Shown: positions 35,401 to 37,389 of the stretch, piece after piece | How positions within the stretch are numbered: the first letter of the stretch is position 1 | How the letters are laid out: the number at the start of each line of letters is the position of its first letter | From: Chloropicon primus | Lineage: Eukaryota | DNA length: 64,000 nucleotides | Assembly: GCA_023205875.1 (NCBI GenBank) | Contig: CP060761.1 | Location: 1-64,000, forward strand | Reading direction: 5' to 3' | Translations under genes and position numbers: made by a program | Notes under the pieces: model-generated | The model's database searches: none | What the model saw: only the letters and a program-made list of their open reading frames with translations | What the model was told of the DNA's origin: nothing

Positions 35401-36266
35401 CCTCCGTAGCTGGTCCAGTAACCTTGGCAGGCCACTGCTTTGGGGCAGCCGGACGTGGAGCAGTCGCCGTGGTAGTTACCGTAAGGGCAACCAGCTCCGC
35501 CGTTCTGGGCGGAGGTGGTGTGCACGTAGTACCTGCACTTCTGACCGCCGCTGCAACCTCCGTAGCTGGTCCAGTACCCCGCGCAGTTCACCGGTTTTGG
35601 GCAACCTGAGCTCGTGCACTGTGATTCTCCAGTTTTCATACACAGAAGATTTCTGCGTGGTGAGCTGGTGACACCACTGAACTCGCTCTCGCTCGCTCCC
35701 TGCAAGTTCCTCCTCCACCTCCCGTAGCTGTACCTGTTGTAGATACTGCTGTACGAGTACCTCGAGGAGTACGAGTACCTGCTGTAGCTATAATATGGAA
35801 TATAATAGCTCGTGGGCGCGACATAGGGCGCGACGTAGGGCGCAACGTAGGGCGCAACGTAAGGCTTTGGTGCAACGTAGGTCGAGGTGTAAGCTCTGCA
35901 CCTCTGGCCTCCGGAGCACGAACCGTACGAGTTCCAGTACCCAGAGCACTGGAGCTGACGTCCCACGCGTCCTTCCTGGTCCGCTTCGGACCAAAGCTCG
36001 AACTTCTCCGCGCTTTCTTCACCCTTCTCGGTACCAAACACTGTTGTATCAGTCAAGGCTGACTCGGTGACGTTCTCGGCGTCACCCGTCTCAGCCTTTC
36101 CTTGCCTCAAGAGGTTTGGGACCACGTCTTGCACAAGATCGTGAGCAGGGCCTGCATGCTTGCTTTCAGGAATAGCGGCAAGCACTAGACCAAGCAAGCA
36201 CCCTGTCACGAGCAAGACGGCAAGAAGGATGGACTTCCTCTCCGAACCAAATCCAAAAGACCTCAT
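2463..36266 (-). CDS. Giant (11,267 aa) single-pass membrane protein with ~180-185 thrombospondin type-1 (spondin-like) repeats
   Basis: Uninterrupted ORF. Hydrophobic N-terminal signal peptide (ILLAVLLVTGCLLGLVLA). ~58-aa repeat QPVDCxGxWxxYxxC...HKNxRCRxYxx...AxxNGxxCP...xCxxxxC with 6 Cys and the W/R pattern of spondin-type TSRs. Pro/acidic stalk at ~3380-3595, TM helix VSMVMVGGIVGAAVCCMMGLAFVYV (3301-3375) followed by the stop-transfer RQKRKR, and a ~278-aa cytoplasmic tail. Confidence 0.9.
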   Translation of the reverse strand: MRSFGFGSERKSILLAVLLVTGCLLGLVLAAIPESKHAGPAHDLVQDVVPNLLRQGKAETGDAENVTESALTDTTVFGTEKGEESAEKFELWSEADQEGRVGRQLQCSGYWNSYGSCSGGQRCRAYTSTYVAPKPYVAPYVAPYVAPYVAPTSYYIPYYSYSRYSYSSRYSYSSIYNRYSYGRWRRNLQGASESEFSGVTSSPRRNLLCMKTGESQCTSSGCPKPVNCAGYWTSYGGCSGGQKCRYYVHTTSAQNGGAGCPYGNYHGDCSTSGCPKAVACQGYWTSYGGCSGGQKCRHYRHSVSAQNGGPGCPYGNWHADCTTGGCPKAVACQGYWTGYGGCHKSGSQNRKCKTYRYTVHPQNGGAGCGASNGQQSCTTSGCSQPVNCAGSWGSYGGCHKSGSTNRRCRSYKVTRNAAHGGSGCGASNGQQSCTTSGCTQPVNCAGSWGSYGSCHYTSSGHKNQRCRKYSYSTWPAHGGSGCSYGHGHQGCTTSGCTQPVNCVGAWGAYGGCHKSGSTNRRCRNYKYSKSAAHNGHGCPYSNNYQQCTTSGCSQPVNCVGAWGGYGSCFHQSSDHKNYRCRYYKYSKSAAHNGAGCPYSNNYKQCTTSGCSQPVDCAGAWGSYGSCYHQSSDHKNYRCRYYKYSKSAAHNGAGCPYSNNYKQCTTSGCSQPVDCAGAWGSYGSCYHQSSDHKNYRCRYYKYSKSAAHSGYGCPYSNNYKQCTTSGCSQPVDCAGGWASYGSCFHQVSDHKNYRCRYYKYGKSAAHNGYGCPYSNNYKQCTTSGCSQPVDCAGAWGSYGSCYHQSSDHKNYRCRYYKYGKSAAHNGYGCPYSNNYKQCTQSGCSQPVDCVGAWAAYGSCKYVLMGHKNERCRVYKYSKSAAHNGYGCPFTNNYVSCTTGGCSQPVDCAGAWGAYGSCAHDSDHKNRRCRYYKYSKYAAHSGKGCPYNNNYKQCTTSGCSQPVDCAGAWGSYGSCFHQNSDHKNYRCRKYIYSKSAAHNGYGCPYANNYQQCTQSGCSQPVDCAGAWGSYAACYHDGKDHKNRRCRYYKYSKSAAHNGYGCPYTNNYKQCTTSGCSQPVDCAGAWGSYGSCYHQSSDHKNYRCRYYKYSKSAAHNGYGCPYSNNYKQCTQSGCSQPVDCVGAWASYGACFYDEKDHENERCRRFVITQNAKNSGYACLHTNGEKHCTKSGCGQPVDCEGEWGAYGSCKHVASGHKNERCKTYKVTTAPATNGKSCPHSNNQVSCTTGGCAQPVNCVGAWGAYGSCYHDGKDHKNRRCRNYKYSTNAANNGYGCPYTNNYKQCTTSGCSQPVDCAGAWGSYGSCFHQNSDHKNYRCRKYIYSKSAAHNGYGCPYTNNYQQCTQSGCSQPVDCAGAWGAYGSCKHTASDHKNRRCRNYKYSTNAAHNGYGCPYTNNFEQCTTSGCSQPVDCVGSWGAYGSCKHTASDHKNRRCRTYKYTKSAAHNGYGCPFTNNFEQCTQSGCSQPVDCAGAWDPYGPCKHDSKDHKNRKCRFYKYSTNVAHNGYGCPYTNMYKQCTTSGCSQPVDCVGAWGSYSSCSYVGGLKLDLANPKLSPDGMDLSMPFSRRSLLAPSVHKNERCRFYLISKNAAHNGYSCPYANNYKSCTTSGCAQPVDCVGAWGAYGSCKHEASNHKNKRCRNYKITTAAAHNGFKCAYTNNFEQCTTGGCAQPVDCVGAWDAYGSCYHDGKDHKNKRCRHYKYSTNAANNGYGCPYTNMYKQCTQSGCSQPVDCVGSWNPYGSCTHTASDHKNRKCRHYKITTNSAYNGYGCPFTHMYKSCTTSGCSQPVDCVGAWNDYGSCKHDTADHKNRRCRLYKVSTNAANNGYGCPHTNNFQQCTTGGCSQPVDCAGAWGSYGSCKHTASDHKNRRCRNYKYSTNAAHNGYGCPYANNFEQCTTSGCSQPVDCAGAWGPYAACYHDGKDHKNRRCRHYKYSTNAAHNGYGCPYTNMYKQCTQSGCSQPVDCAGSWDNYGPCKHDTADHKNRKCRFYKIATNAAHNGYGCAYTNMFKQCTTSGCSQPVDCVGAWDPYSSCKHDEDHKNRRCRNYKISKSAAHNGYGCAYTNNFQQCTTSGCSQPVDCVGAWASYGACFYDEKDHENERCRTFVITQNTKNSGYACLHTNGEKHCTKSGCGQPVDCEGEWGAYGSCKHVASGHKNERCKTYKVTTAPATNGKSCPHSNNQVSCTTGGCAQPVDCVGAWGAYGSCKHTASDHKNRRCRNYKYSTNAAHNGYGCPYTNNFEQCTTSGCSQPVDCVGSWGAYGSCKHTASDHKNRRCRTYKYTKSAAHNGYGCPFTNNFEQCTQSGCSQPVDCAGAWDPYGPCKHDSKDHKNRKCRFYKIATNVAHNGYGCPYTNMYKQCTTSGCSQPVDCVGAWGSYSSCSYVGGLKLDLANPKLSPDGMDLSMPFSRRSLLAPSVHKNERCRFYLISKNAAHNGYSCPYANNYKSCTTSGCAQPVDCVGAWGAYGSCKHEASNHKNKRCRNYKITTAAAHNGFKCAYTNNFEQCTTGGCAQPVDCVGAWDAYGSCYHDGKDHKNKRCRHYKYSTNAANNGYGCPYTNMYKQCTQSGCSQPVDCVGSWDPYGACFHDSSVHKNKRCRHYKITVAAAHNGYGCPYTNMYKSCTQSGCSQPVDCAGSWDEYGACKHTASDHKNRRCRYYKVATNAANNGYGCPFANMYESCTTGGCSQPVDCAGAWDSWITHADGNVCGYNKDGHKNEKCRLYKISVQAAHNGYQCPQQNNYKQCTTSTCSQPVDCVGAWDSYGTCKHVAAGHKNEKCRLYKVSIAAKHNGKGCPHTHNKEECTKATCAQPVDCVGAWGVYSTCFHDDKDHKNRRCRVYKIATNKASNGYGCPYANAFEQCTTEGCAQPVDCLGAWDDYSECERDLTTNKNQKCRTYAVERASSHNGYTCPFADSYVQCTMTGCLQSVDCEGGFAPYGPCKHDTDEHKNKRCRLYKVSVASMFGGAACPYANEAEDCTATGCAQPVDCVGSWGAYGECHYEEADHENERCRVYAVSTAAANNGYACPHEDKLRTCTKSGCGQPVDCEGEWGAYGTCQHVKDSHKNERCRTYKVTTKADLNGVQCPFEDQKVECTTNSCSQPVDCAGDWGAYGSCKHYTSDHKNRRCRTYAITTNAAHNGVGCPYVNTYKQCTTDGCAQPVDCVGAWDAYGSCSYVSKDHTNTRCRLYKITVTSAHNGYSCAYANDYKQCTKSGCAQPVDCVGSWDSYGDCSHDTETHKNKRCRLYKLTTSAAHSGHACPYANKFEQCTNVGCAQPVDCVGSFGAFGTCSYVESDHSNQRCRLYGITQPALNNGYACPHQDKMNQCTKNGCGQPVDCEGQWGAYGSCKHVAHGHKNEKCRTYKVTTKEDLNGKKCPFEDKKVECSTDSCTQPVDCVGDWGAYGACFHDDKDHKNRRCRNYKITTSVAHNGYGCAYANEYKQCTTEGCAQPVDCLGAFGDYGACKHDDDVHKNKKCRTYVVERASSHNGYACPYADSYVQCTTEHCAQPVDCVGTFGDYYSCFYDKDSHKNKRCRFYKITVTPLNDGYACPYEDKFEQCSTNMCSQPVDCVGAWDDYSECSHDENVHKNKKCRTYKVSVVSAHNGNACPYTNELEQCTNDGCAQPVDCVGSWGAYDACHYEEADHENERCRVYSVSQAAANNGYACPHEDKLRTCTKSGCGQPVDCEGEWTSYGSCQHVKDGHKNERCRTYKVTTKADLNGVQCPIADQKVECTTNSCSQPVDCVGDWNSYGACFHDTNDHKNRRCRTYAITTNAAHNGVGCPYVNTYKQCTTEGCTQPVDCLGAFGEYDACMHDDKTHKNKKCRTYAVTRVSSHNGYACAYANEYVQCTVSGCAQPVDCVGAWDSYSSCDHDKDAHKNKRCRLYKISVASANNGYACAYTDKLEQCTTEQCVQPVDCVGAWGNYADCKYVADGHKNERCRLYSITQLELNNGYVCPHKDGLQQCTQNLCSQPVDCEGEWSAYDNCKHVTHGHKNERCRTYKVSVSDAFGGNKCPYEDKKVECTKDQCSQPVDCAGAWGAYGACKHVASSHKNERCRVYAITTNVAHNGFGCAYANAYEQCTTEGCAQPVDCLGAWQEYGACVHDKESHKNKKCRTYVVERASSHNGYTCPYADSYIQCSTNLCTQPVDCVGAWEHYDACKHDKDAHKNKKCRTYKVSVVSAHNGNACPYANKLEQCTNDGCAQPVDCVGSWGAYDACHYEEADHENERCRVYSVSQAAANNGYACPHEDKLRTCTKSGCGQPVDCEGEWTSYGSCQHVKDGHKNERCRTYKVTTKADLNGVQCPIADQKVECTTNSCSQPVDCVGDWNSYGACFHDTNDHKNRRCRTYAITTNAAHNGVGCPYVNTYKQCTTEGCAQPVDCLGAFGEYDACMHDDKTHKNKKCRTYAVTRVSSHNGYACAYANEYVQCTVSGCAQPVDCVGAWDSYSSCDHDKDAHKNKRCRLYKISVASANNGYACAYTDKLEQCTTEQCVQPVDCVGAWGNYADCKYVADGHKNERCRMYSVSQAAANNGYTCPNEDGLTHCTKNGCSQPIDCLGEWSQYSACNHVADGHKNEKCRTYKVSVSDAFNGKVCPFEDKKVECSTDLCSQPVDCVGAWGAYSACKHVASSHKNERCRVYAITTNVAHNGFGCAYANAYEQCTTEGCAQPVDCLGAWQEYGACVHDKESHKNKKCRTYVVSRAVAHNGYACPYADSYIQCSTDMCTQPVDCVGAWDDYSQCSHDDEGHKNQKCRTYKISVQSAHNGISCPFKDKLEQCTKSGCSQPVDCVGAWDSYSSCDHDKDAHKNKRCRLYKISVASANNGYACAYTDKLEQCTTEECSQPVDCVGSWGNYDACHYNKDNHENKRCRMYSVSQAAANNGYTCPNEDGLTHCTTSGCGQPVDCEGEWSQYSACNHVADGHKNEKCRTYKVFVPVSDNGKVCPFEDKKVECTKEQCSQPVDCVGAWGAYSTCFHDDKDHKNRRCRVYAITTNVAHNGFGCPYANAFKQCTTEGCAQPVDCLGAWEEYGACIHDKESHKNKKCRTYVVERASSHNGYTCPYADSYIQCSTNLCTQPVDCVGAWDDYSECSHDEELHKNKKCRTYKVSVESAHNGNACPYTNELEQCTNDGCAQPVDCVGSWSEYGTCMYIDADHENERCRTYVVTRASENNGYACPHEDKLKHCTKSGCGQPVDCEGEWTSYGSCQHVKDGHKNERCRTYKVTTKADLNGVQCPIADQKVECTTNSCSQPVDCVGDWNSYGACFHDTNDHKNRRCRTYAITTNAAHNGFGCAYLNAYKQCTTEGCAQPVDCLGAFGEYDACMHDDKTHKNKKCRTYAVTRVSSHNGYACAYSDSYVQCTVSGCAQPVDCVGAWDEYAECSHDKDAHKNKRCRLYKISVASANNGYACAYTDKLEQCTTEECAQPVDCVGSWGNYDACHYNKDNHENKRCRMYSVSQAAANNGYTCPNEDGLTHCTTSGCGQPVDCEGEWSQYSACNHVADGHKNEKCRTYEVTTKADLNGKVCPFEDKKVECTKDQCSQPVDCVGAWGAYSTCFHDDKDHKNRRCRVYAITTNVAHNGFGCPYANAFKQCTTEGCAQPVDCLGAWEEYGACIHDKESHKNKKCRTYVVERASSHNGYTCPYADSYIQCSTNLCTQPVDCVGAWDDYSECSHDEELHKNKKCRTYKVSVESAHNGHACPYTNELEQCTNDGCAQPVDCVGSWGAYDACHYEEADHENERCRVYSVSQAAANNGYACPHEDKLRTCTKSGCGQPVDCEGAWDPYGSCQHFKDGHKNERCRTYKVTTKADLNGVQCPFEDKKVECTTNSCSQPVDCAGDWGAYGVCFHDSNKHKNLRCRTYIVSTNAAHNGFGCPYVNTYKQCTVEGCEQPVDCLGAWDEYGACAHDEKTHKNKRCRTYNVDRPSAYDGYSCAYADKYVQCTTEECAHPVDCVGAWDEYAECSHDKDAHKNKRCRLYKISVASANNGYACAYTDKLEQCTTEECAQPVDCVGSWGNYDACHYNKDNHENKRCRMYSVSQAAANNGYTCPNEDGLTHCTTSGCGQPVDCEGAWELWSACNHVDAEHKNEKCRTYKVSVPDAFGGNKCPFEDKKVECSTDLCSQPVDCVGDWGAYSTCFHDTSDHKNRRCRVYAITTNVAHNGFGCPYANAYKQCTTEGCAQPVDCLGAWEEYGACIHDKESHKNKKCRTYVVERASSHNGYTCPYADSYIQCSTNLCTQPVDCVGAWDDYSECSHDEELHKNKKCRTYKVSVESAHNGNACPYTNELEQCTNDGCAQPVDCVGSWGAYDACHYEEADHENERCRVYSVSQAAANNGYACPHEDKLRTCTKSGCGQPVDCEGEWSLYGSCFHKEDGHVNERCRTYKVTTVADYSGSQCPFEDQKVECTTNSCSQPVDCVGDWGSYGTCFHDKSDHKNRRCRTYKITTSVAHNGFGCPYTNEYEQCTTDGCAQPVDCIGEWLDYSECVYNGETHSNQKCRRFSVDRKAANNGFECAYADNYYQCTKQTCEQPIDCEGVWQKLDEGRCTYDAVNHENRNCTQYVVTRTLKNSGHACPHTDKYTQCTTEFCDQPVNCVGDWSGYSDCKYDAAGHYNYNCRTYSVSQPALDNGHACPYEDDLQQCFQAGQGERGCDQPVDCEGEWSVYGACKHVEASHKNDRCRTYKVTTSSVHNGKTCPHDDGLVECTTEECSQPVDCVGAWGAYDACFHDVQDHKNRRCRVYAITTNVAHNGFGCAYANAYKQCTTEGCAQPVDCLGAWEEYGACIHDEKDHKNKKCRTYVVSRAVAHNGYTCPYADSYIQCSTNLCTQPVDCVGAWDDYSECYHESELHKNKRCRLYKVTVEPENNGFACLYANDFKQCTTEECAQPVDCVGAWTEYSSCDYLEEGHENERCRVYEVSQPGSNNGFACPHEDKLKQCTKSGCSQPVDCEGEWSVYSACNHVAADHKNEKCRTYKVTTTAFFNGKQCPFEHNKIECNAKTCSQPVDCIGGFSSWGACYLDPKDHKNRRCRTYDITTNAAHNGFGCPYKNAFEECSTEGCAQPVDCVGAWSEYEGCTYDEAVHSNTNCRTYTVTTVGENGGFSCPFANATVQCSKALCLQPVDCVGEFTEFSSCIFKKDEHKNEKCRTYVVERESANNGYTCPYADSYIQCSTNMCNQPVDCVGAWDEYAECYYEKENHKNKRCRTYKVTVASGHNGHACPYTNELEECTNDGCAQPVDCVGSWEEYGECSYEEAEHMNQRCRVYAVTTPAANNGYACPHENKLKHCTKSGCGQPVDCEGDWTLFSSCNHVAHGHKNERCRTYKVAVTANLNGKACPIADQKVECTTNSCSQPVDCVGDWNSYGACFHDTNDHKNRRCRTYAITTNVAHNGVGCPYTNTYKQCTTEGCTQPVDCVGAWSEYTECTHDVDAHKNKKCRTYVVSRASSHNGYTCPYADSYVQCSTDMCDQPVDCVGAWDEYSQCKYVEDLHANDRCRVFKVSTPEANNGHKCLHPHNITECTMSECSQPVDCLGSWTEYGACNYESLDHENERCRMYNVTRVAEYNGMQCLHKDQERHCTKGGCGQPVDCEGEWGLYSPCMHNPDTHENEQCRQYKVTTESDLSGKKCPHEHDLVECVQDKCQQPVDCVGAWNSYGACFHDNSDHKNRRCRSYNISTFDDFSGYACPYANEFEQCTTEGCAQPVDCLGAWTEYDACVHDEESHKNKKCRTYVVSRAVAHNGYTCPYADSYIQCSTELCTQPVDCVGAWEEYAECNYDTENHKNKRCRLYKVTVPAAHSGYACPYTNTLKQCTSEGCAQPVDCVGGWSDYSKCEYDEGDHENERCREYVISQPAANGGYSCPHVEAAVQCTKSGCGQPVNCEGEWSLYTSCEYVAKEHKNERCRTYKVITKADLGGNQCPFEDEKVECTTNSCSQPVDCVGDWGSYGTCFYDDMHHKNRRCRTYVVATNAAHNGVGCPYTDKYEQCTVEGCAQPVDCLGAWTDYDACVYDKEAHKNKKCRTYEVERAVAHSGYACPYTDSYVQCTFEGCTQPVNCVGAWDEYGTCFHDKDSHQNKRCRLYKVSVPAASEGYACPYADKLEQCTTEECAQPVDCVGAWGVYSECKYVADDHANERCRVYSISQIALNNGYDCPYEDSLTQCTNVGCGQPIDCEGEWGSWDSCAYVAGEHINQKCRTYSISTEAHLHGTECPYEDKKVECTKDQCSQPVDCVGAWGAYDACFHDVQDHKNRRCRVYAITTDVAHNGVGCPYANAYKQCTTEGCTQPVDCLGAWEEYGACIHDEKDHKNKKCRTYVVSRASSHNGYTCPYADSYIQCSTSLCTQPVDCVGAWDEYAECYHDEEAHENKRCRLYKVTVASGHNGFACPYADKLEQCTNDGCAQPVDCVGSWGAYGECSYEVSDHENERCRVYEVSQPALNNGYACPHEDKLRTCTKSGCGQPVDCEGEWSLYGSCEHVADGHKNERCRTYKVTTVKDFGGKACPFEDKKIECTTNSCSQPVDCVGDWGSYGACFHDDDDHKNRRCRTYAITTNAAHNGFGCAYLNAYKQCTTEGCAQPVDCLGAWTEYDACIYDKDMHKNKKCRTYEVERAVAHSGYACPYADMYIQCSTDLCDQPVDCVGAWDDYAECFHDEDAHKNKRCRLYKVSVAAAHNGYACPYANELEQCTNDGCAQPVDCVGAWDNYGACLYKDNEHENERCRVYSVSQKALNNGYTCPYEDKHKHCTKSGCGQPVDCVGAWESYSSCKHVEAGHKNERCRTYVVNTEAALGGTECPFEDKKVECTTEECSQPTDCVGAWGAYDACFHDVQDHKNRRCRVYAITTDVAHNGYGCAYANAYKQCTTEGCAQPVDCLGAWEQYGACVHDEKDHKNKKCRTYVVSRASSHNGYTCPYADSYIQCSTELCTQPVDCVGAWDDYSECYHDKEAHDNKKCRTYTVAVESAHNGIACAFEDKLEQCTTVDCAQPVDCVGAWDNFSQCTHDEEAHKNKKCRTYKISVASANNGHACPYTHELEQCSLEECSQPVDCVGAWSHYGDCKYVSEGHENERCRVYTISQTALHNGYECPHTHNLNHCTKSGCGQPIDCEGEWSAWDSCTHVDGQHKNQKCRSYKISADSGLGGQECPHKDGLVECSTDECSQPIDCVGAWGAYSACAHDKEDHKNRRCRVYAISTNVAHNGFGCPYANAYKQCTTEGCAQPVDCLGAWGTYGDCVHDDDTHKNKKCRTYVVSRASAHNGFTCPYADSYVQCSTELCVQPVDCVGAWDDYSDCFHNKEVHDNKRCRLYKISVAATNNGYACPYTDKLEQCTTEECAQPVDCVGAWSEYAACEYLKHSHENERCRVYEVSQPALNNGFVCPHEDKLRTCTKSGCGQPVDCEGEWSLYGSCEHVADGHKNEKCRTYKVITDADLNGKACPFEDKKIECTTNSCSQPVDCVGAWGAYDTCFHDSNKHKNLRCRVYAIATDAASNGVGCPYLNAYKQCTTEGCEQPVDCVGAWSEYDACIHDDQTHKNKKCRTYVVSRPAAHSGYACAYADNYGQCTSEGCAQPVDCVGAWDKYAACFNDAEAHNNKRCRLYKISVAATNNGYACPYANELEQCTTEECAQPVDCVGTWGDYEPCHYNSKEETNERCRMYSVTQVALNDGYTCPFEHDERQCMTGGCGQPVDCEGAWTTYDACKHVEDGHKNDHCRTYKVVTPASLNGKLCPHLNGLVECTTDDCTQPVDCVGDWEAYGACFHDDADHKNRRCRNYKIATAASHNGYGCAYANAYKQCTTEGCAQPVDCLGAWEQYGACTHDDKTHKNKKCRTYAVSRAAAHSGYACPYADSYQQCTVSGCTQPVDCEGDWDIYGSCYYDKDTHKNKRCRLYKVRVFATHNGYACPYRNEYKQCTVDECPQPVDCVGAWGAYDACHYENYEHENERCRVYSVLQSALNNGYACPHADQLKQCTKSGCGQPVDCEGEWSEYGNCNHVEDGHKNERCRAYKVTTVPDLGGKQCPHLNGLVECESSTCTQPVDCVGDWGEYGMCYHDDQDHKNRRCRNYIVSTDVAHNGFGCPYANAYKQCTTEGCAQPVDCLGQWGSYTDCVYNENQHTNSRCRTYVVERAAAHMGYACAYTDSYVQCTVSGCAQPIDCVGAWDEYDECFHDEELHKNKRCRLYKVSVPSAFNGYACPYANELEQCTTDKCSQPVDCVGAWQAYGVCSHNDLHHHNERCRVYAVTTPAVNSGYACPHEDKLQQCTKSGCGQPVDCQGEWTSFDSCKHVDDTHVNERCRTYEVNTSPALNGKDCPYKDGKIECITQSCSQPVDCVGDWGPYGSCFHDSDDHQNRRCRHYVVSTLAAHNGYGCPYKNTYKQCTTEGCSQPVDCLGEWSKWGSCIHDDDSHKNKKCRTYEVERSAAHNGYACPYTDSYIQCSTELCVQPVDCVGAWDEYAECYHDTEEHKNKRCRLYKVAVPSTHNGYACPYANEFEQCTTEECAQPVDCVGSWGDYDACHYDENDHENERCRVYSVSQAAANNGFACPHEDKLKQCTKSGCGQPVDCEGEWTTYGSCNHVAADHKNERCRTYLVSTKADLGGTQCPFKDGLVECEQENCEQPVDCVGDWGAYGACFHDTNDHKNRRCRTYSVSTSAAHNGYGCPYKNSYKQCTTEGCAQPVDCLGQWGDYGVCTHDAESHKNKRCRTYEVERAAAHSGYACPYADSYVQCTVSGCTQPVDCVGAWDKYDECFYDEENHKNKKCRHYKISTNAAHNGFACPFVDNLKQCTNEECSQPVDCVGKWMDQGGCWFDTIAEENVKCRRYEVSVPSAYNGTQCDYTHNELKCSSQGCGAPVDCVGEFSDYGECKLDAGVGLYTRCRLFNIVSSAENNGKECAYTQDFQSCTTSGCEQLSPPPPPPASNSTDGSGVVTDDEDSNSDGEGQDSEDGQSHDGSDTTSSEVEETEGGKLESETGDAEGEVSTASVSMVMVGGIVGAAVCCMMGLAFVYVRQKRKRESNAAPSSAQYSAVSQGSNKSEPNSRQSMLLMNPMFGLSGGKSRKSTIAMKSGARMSFLSNPLFDKEEEDENIMPSIAESPQGSDGEGSELLDDGRSKNISSSAYSNPLYSTSTKQTANVSESSIEESMELLGKEFEASISQLSQSVVETTTERDLEFAMHTWQELSTTLVDSQDEVVSKEGNTQQLTSDKLHILKQSLNKIEQGTLLNSSMSTDEKSDFCKLINQARSKLRSVEKLHSFRRSRTSTTTAAPEWQKARMKLKAIAKLRNEKK

Positions 36267-36745
36267 CTTGGTTCAAAGAATCCCGAATTCCGTTCTTCTC
36301 CCTTGTCTTCTATATAATAGAGTTCACTGGAAGAGACGACTCATATTCCCGTGTTCGTCTCTCTTTCCCTTTCCTTGAGGGCGCTCGGGTTTCCTCTCCT
36401 CGTTTCCAAGAAGACGGAAAGTCCGACACCACTCGTGGCTGTGTGTTGCTTGCTCCTGGAGCAAGCGTGGCAGTTGGTTCTCTCGTAAGCGGAGACCTCG
36501 CTAGTTTTCTGAACCCCCTTGGTTCACCCCCCTCGGTTCACCCCAAGCCAGCCTCCCGGGCTCGACGAAAGAAAGGAAAGGGCTGTTAAGATAGAACAAG
36601 AACAAGTGGTATGCCCTTGTTGTAAGACGAGACGCAGGTTACAACGGGGTTACAACAAGAACAAGAACGAGAAGCATAGAACAAGAAGCATAGAACAAGG
36701 GTGTAGCACTCTCGCCGCGTATTCCGATGTGGAATACAACGAAAC

Positions 36746-36815
36746 ACATAAGACATAAGACATAAGACATAAGACATAAGACATAAGACATAAGACATAA
36801 GACATAAGACATAAG
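36746..36815. repeat. (ACATAAG)10 perfect heptamer tandem repeat upstream of the giant gene
   Basis: 10 exact copies of ACATAAG read directly, ~480 bp upstream of the giant ORF ATG. Confidence 0.95.
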
Positions 36816-37389
36816 AAGAAGGAATTACAAGGACCACGAAGAAAGGGATGGGGATGGAGATGAGGACAACGCAGAGGAAGAAAAGGAAAGGAAAAGAAAG
36901 GAAAGGGGGGAGGGGCATCTTTTCTTTCTTTCTTTTCTTGTCTATCCCCACGAGCACGAGGGAGGAGGAGGAAAACAAGGAAGAGGGCGGGAAGGACAGT
37001 TTGTATTTTCCGTTGTAGACCACGAGTTTCCCATCCAGAGGAAGAAGAAGAGAGGAGAGGGACCAGGATACAGCCTGAGCTGAGAAGCTGAGACGGAGAA
37101 GAAGAACGAACCAGGGGAAGGACAGGCGGCGACTTTTCCCACCACAAACGAGTGTAATCATAAATGTACACCAAAGGACCGCACTTGCATATGCTTTTGC
37201 GGGTGAAAAAGTGTCGCCGTCTCTCATGGACGGTCGCGAACTCCGAAAACTACGAGTTGTATGGCCAATACGTCAATACGTCCAAAGCCCATGGAGGTTT
37301 AGAAAGGAGGAACGCAGTGACAACCAAAATCGAATAGAGTGGAGTGGAACCACCACACATGAGTTACGCTAGTCTTCCACTTCGACAGC

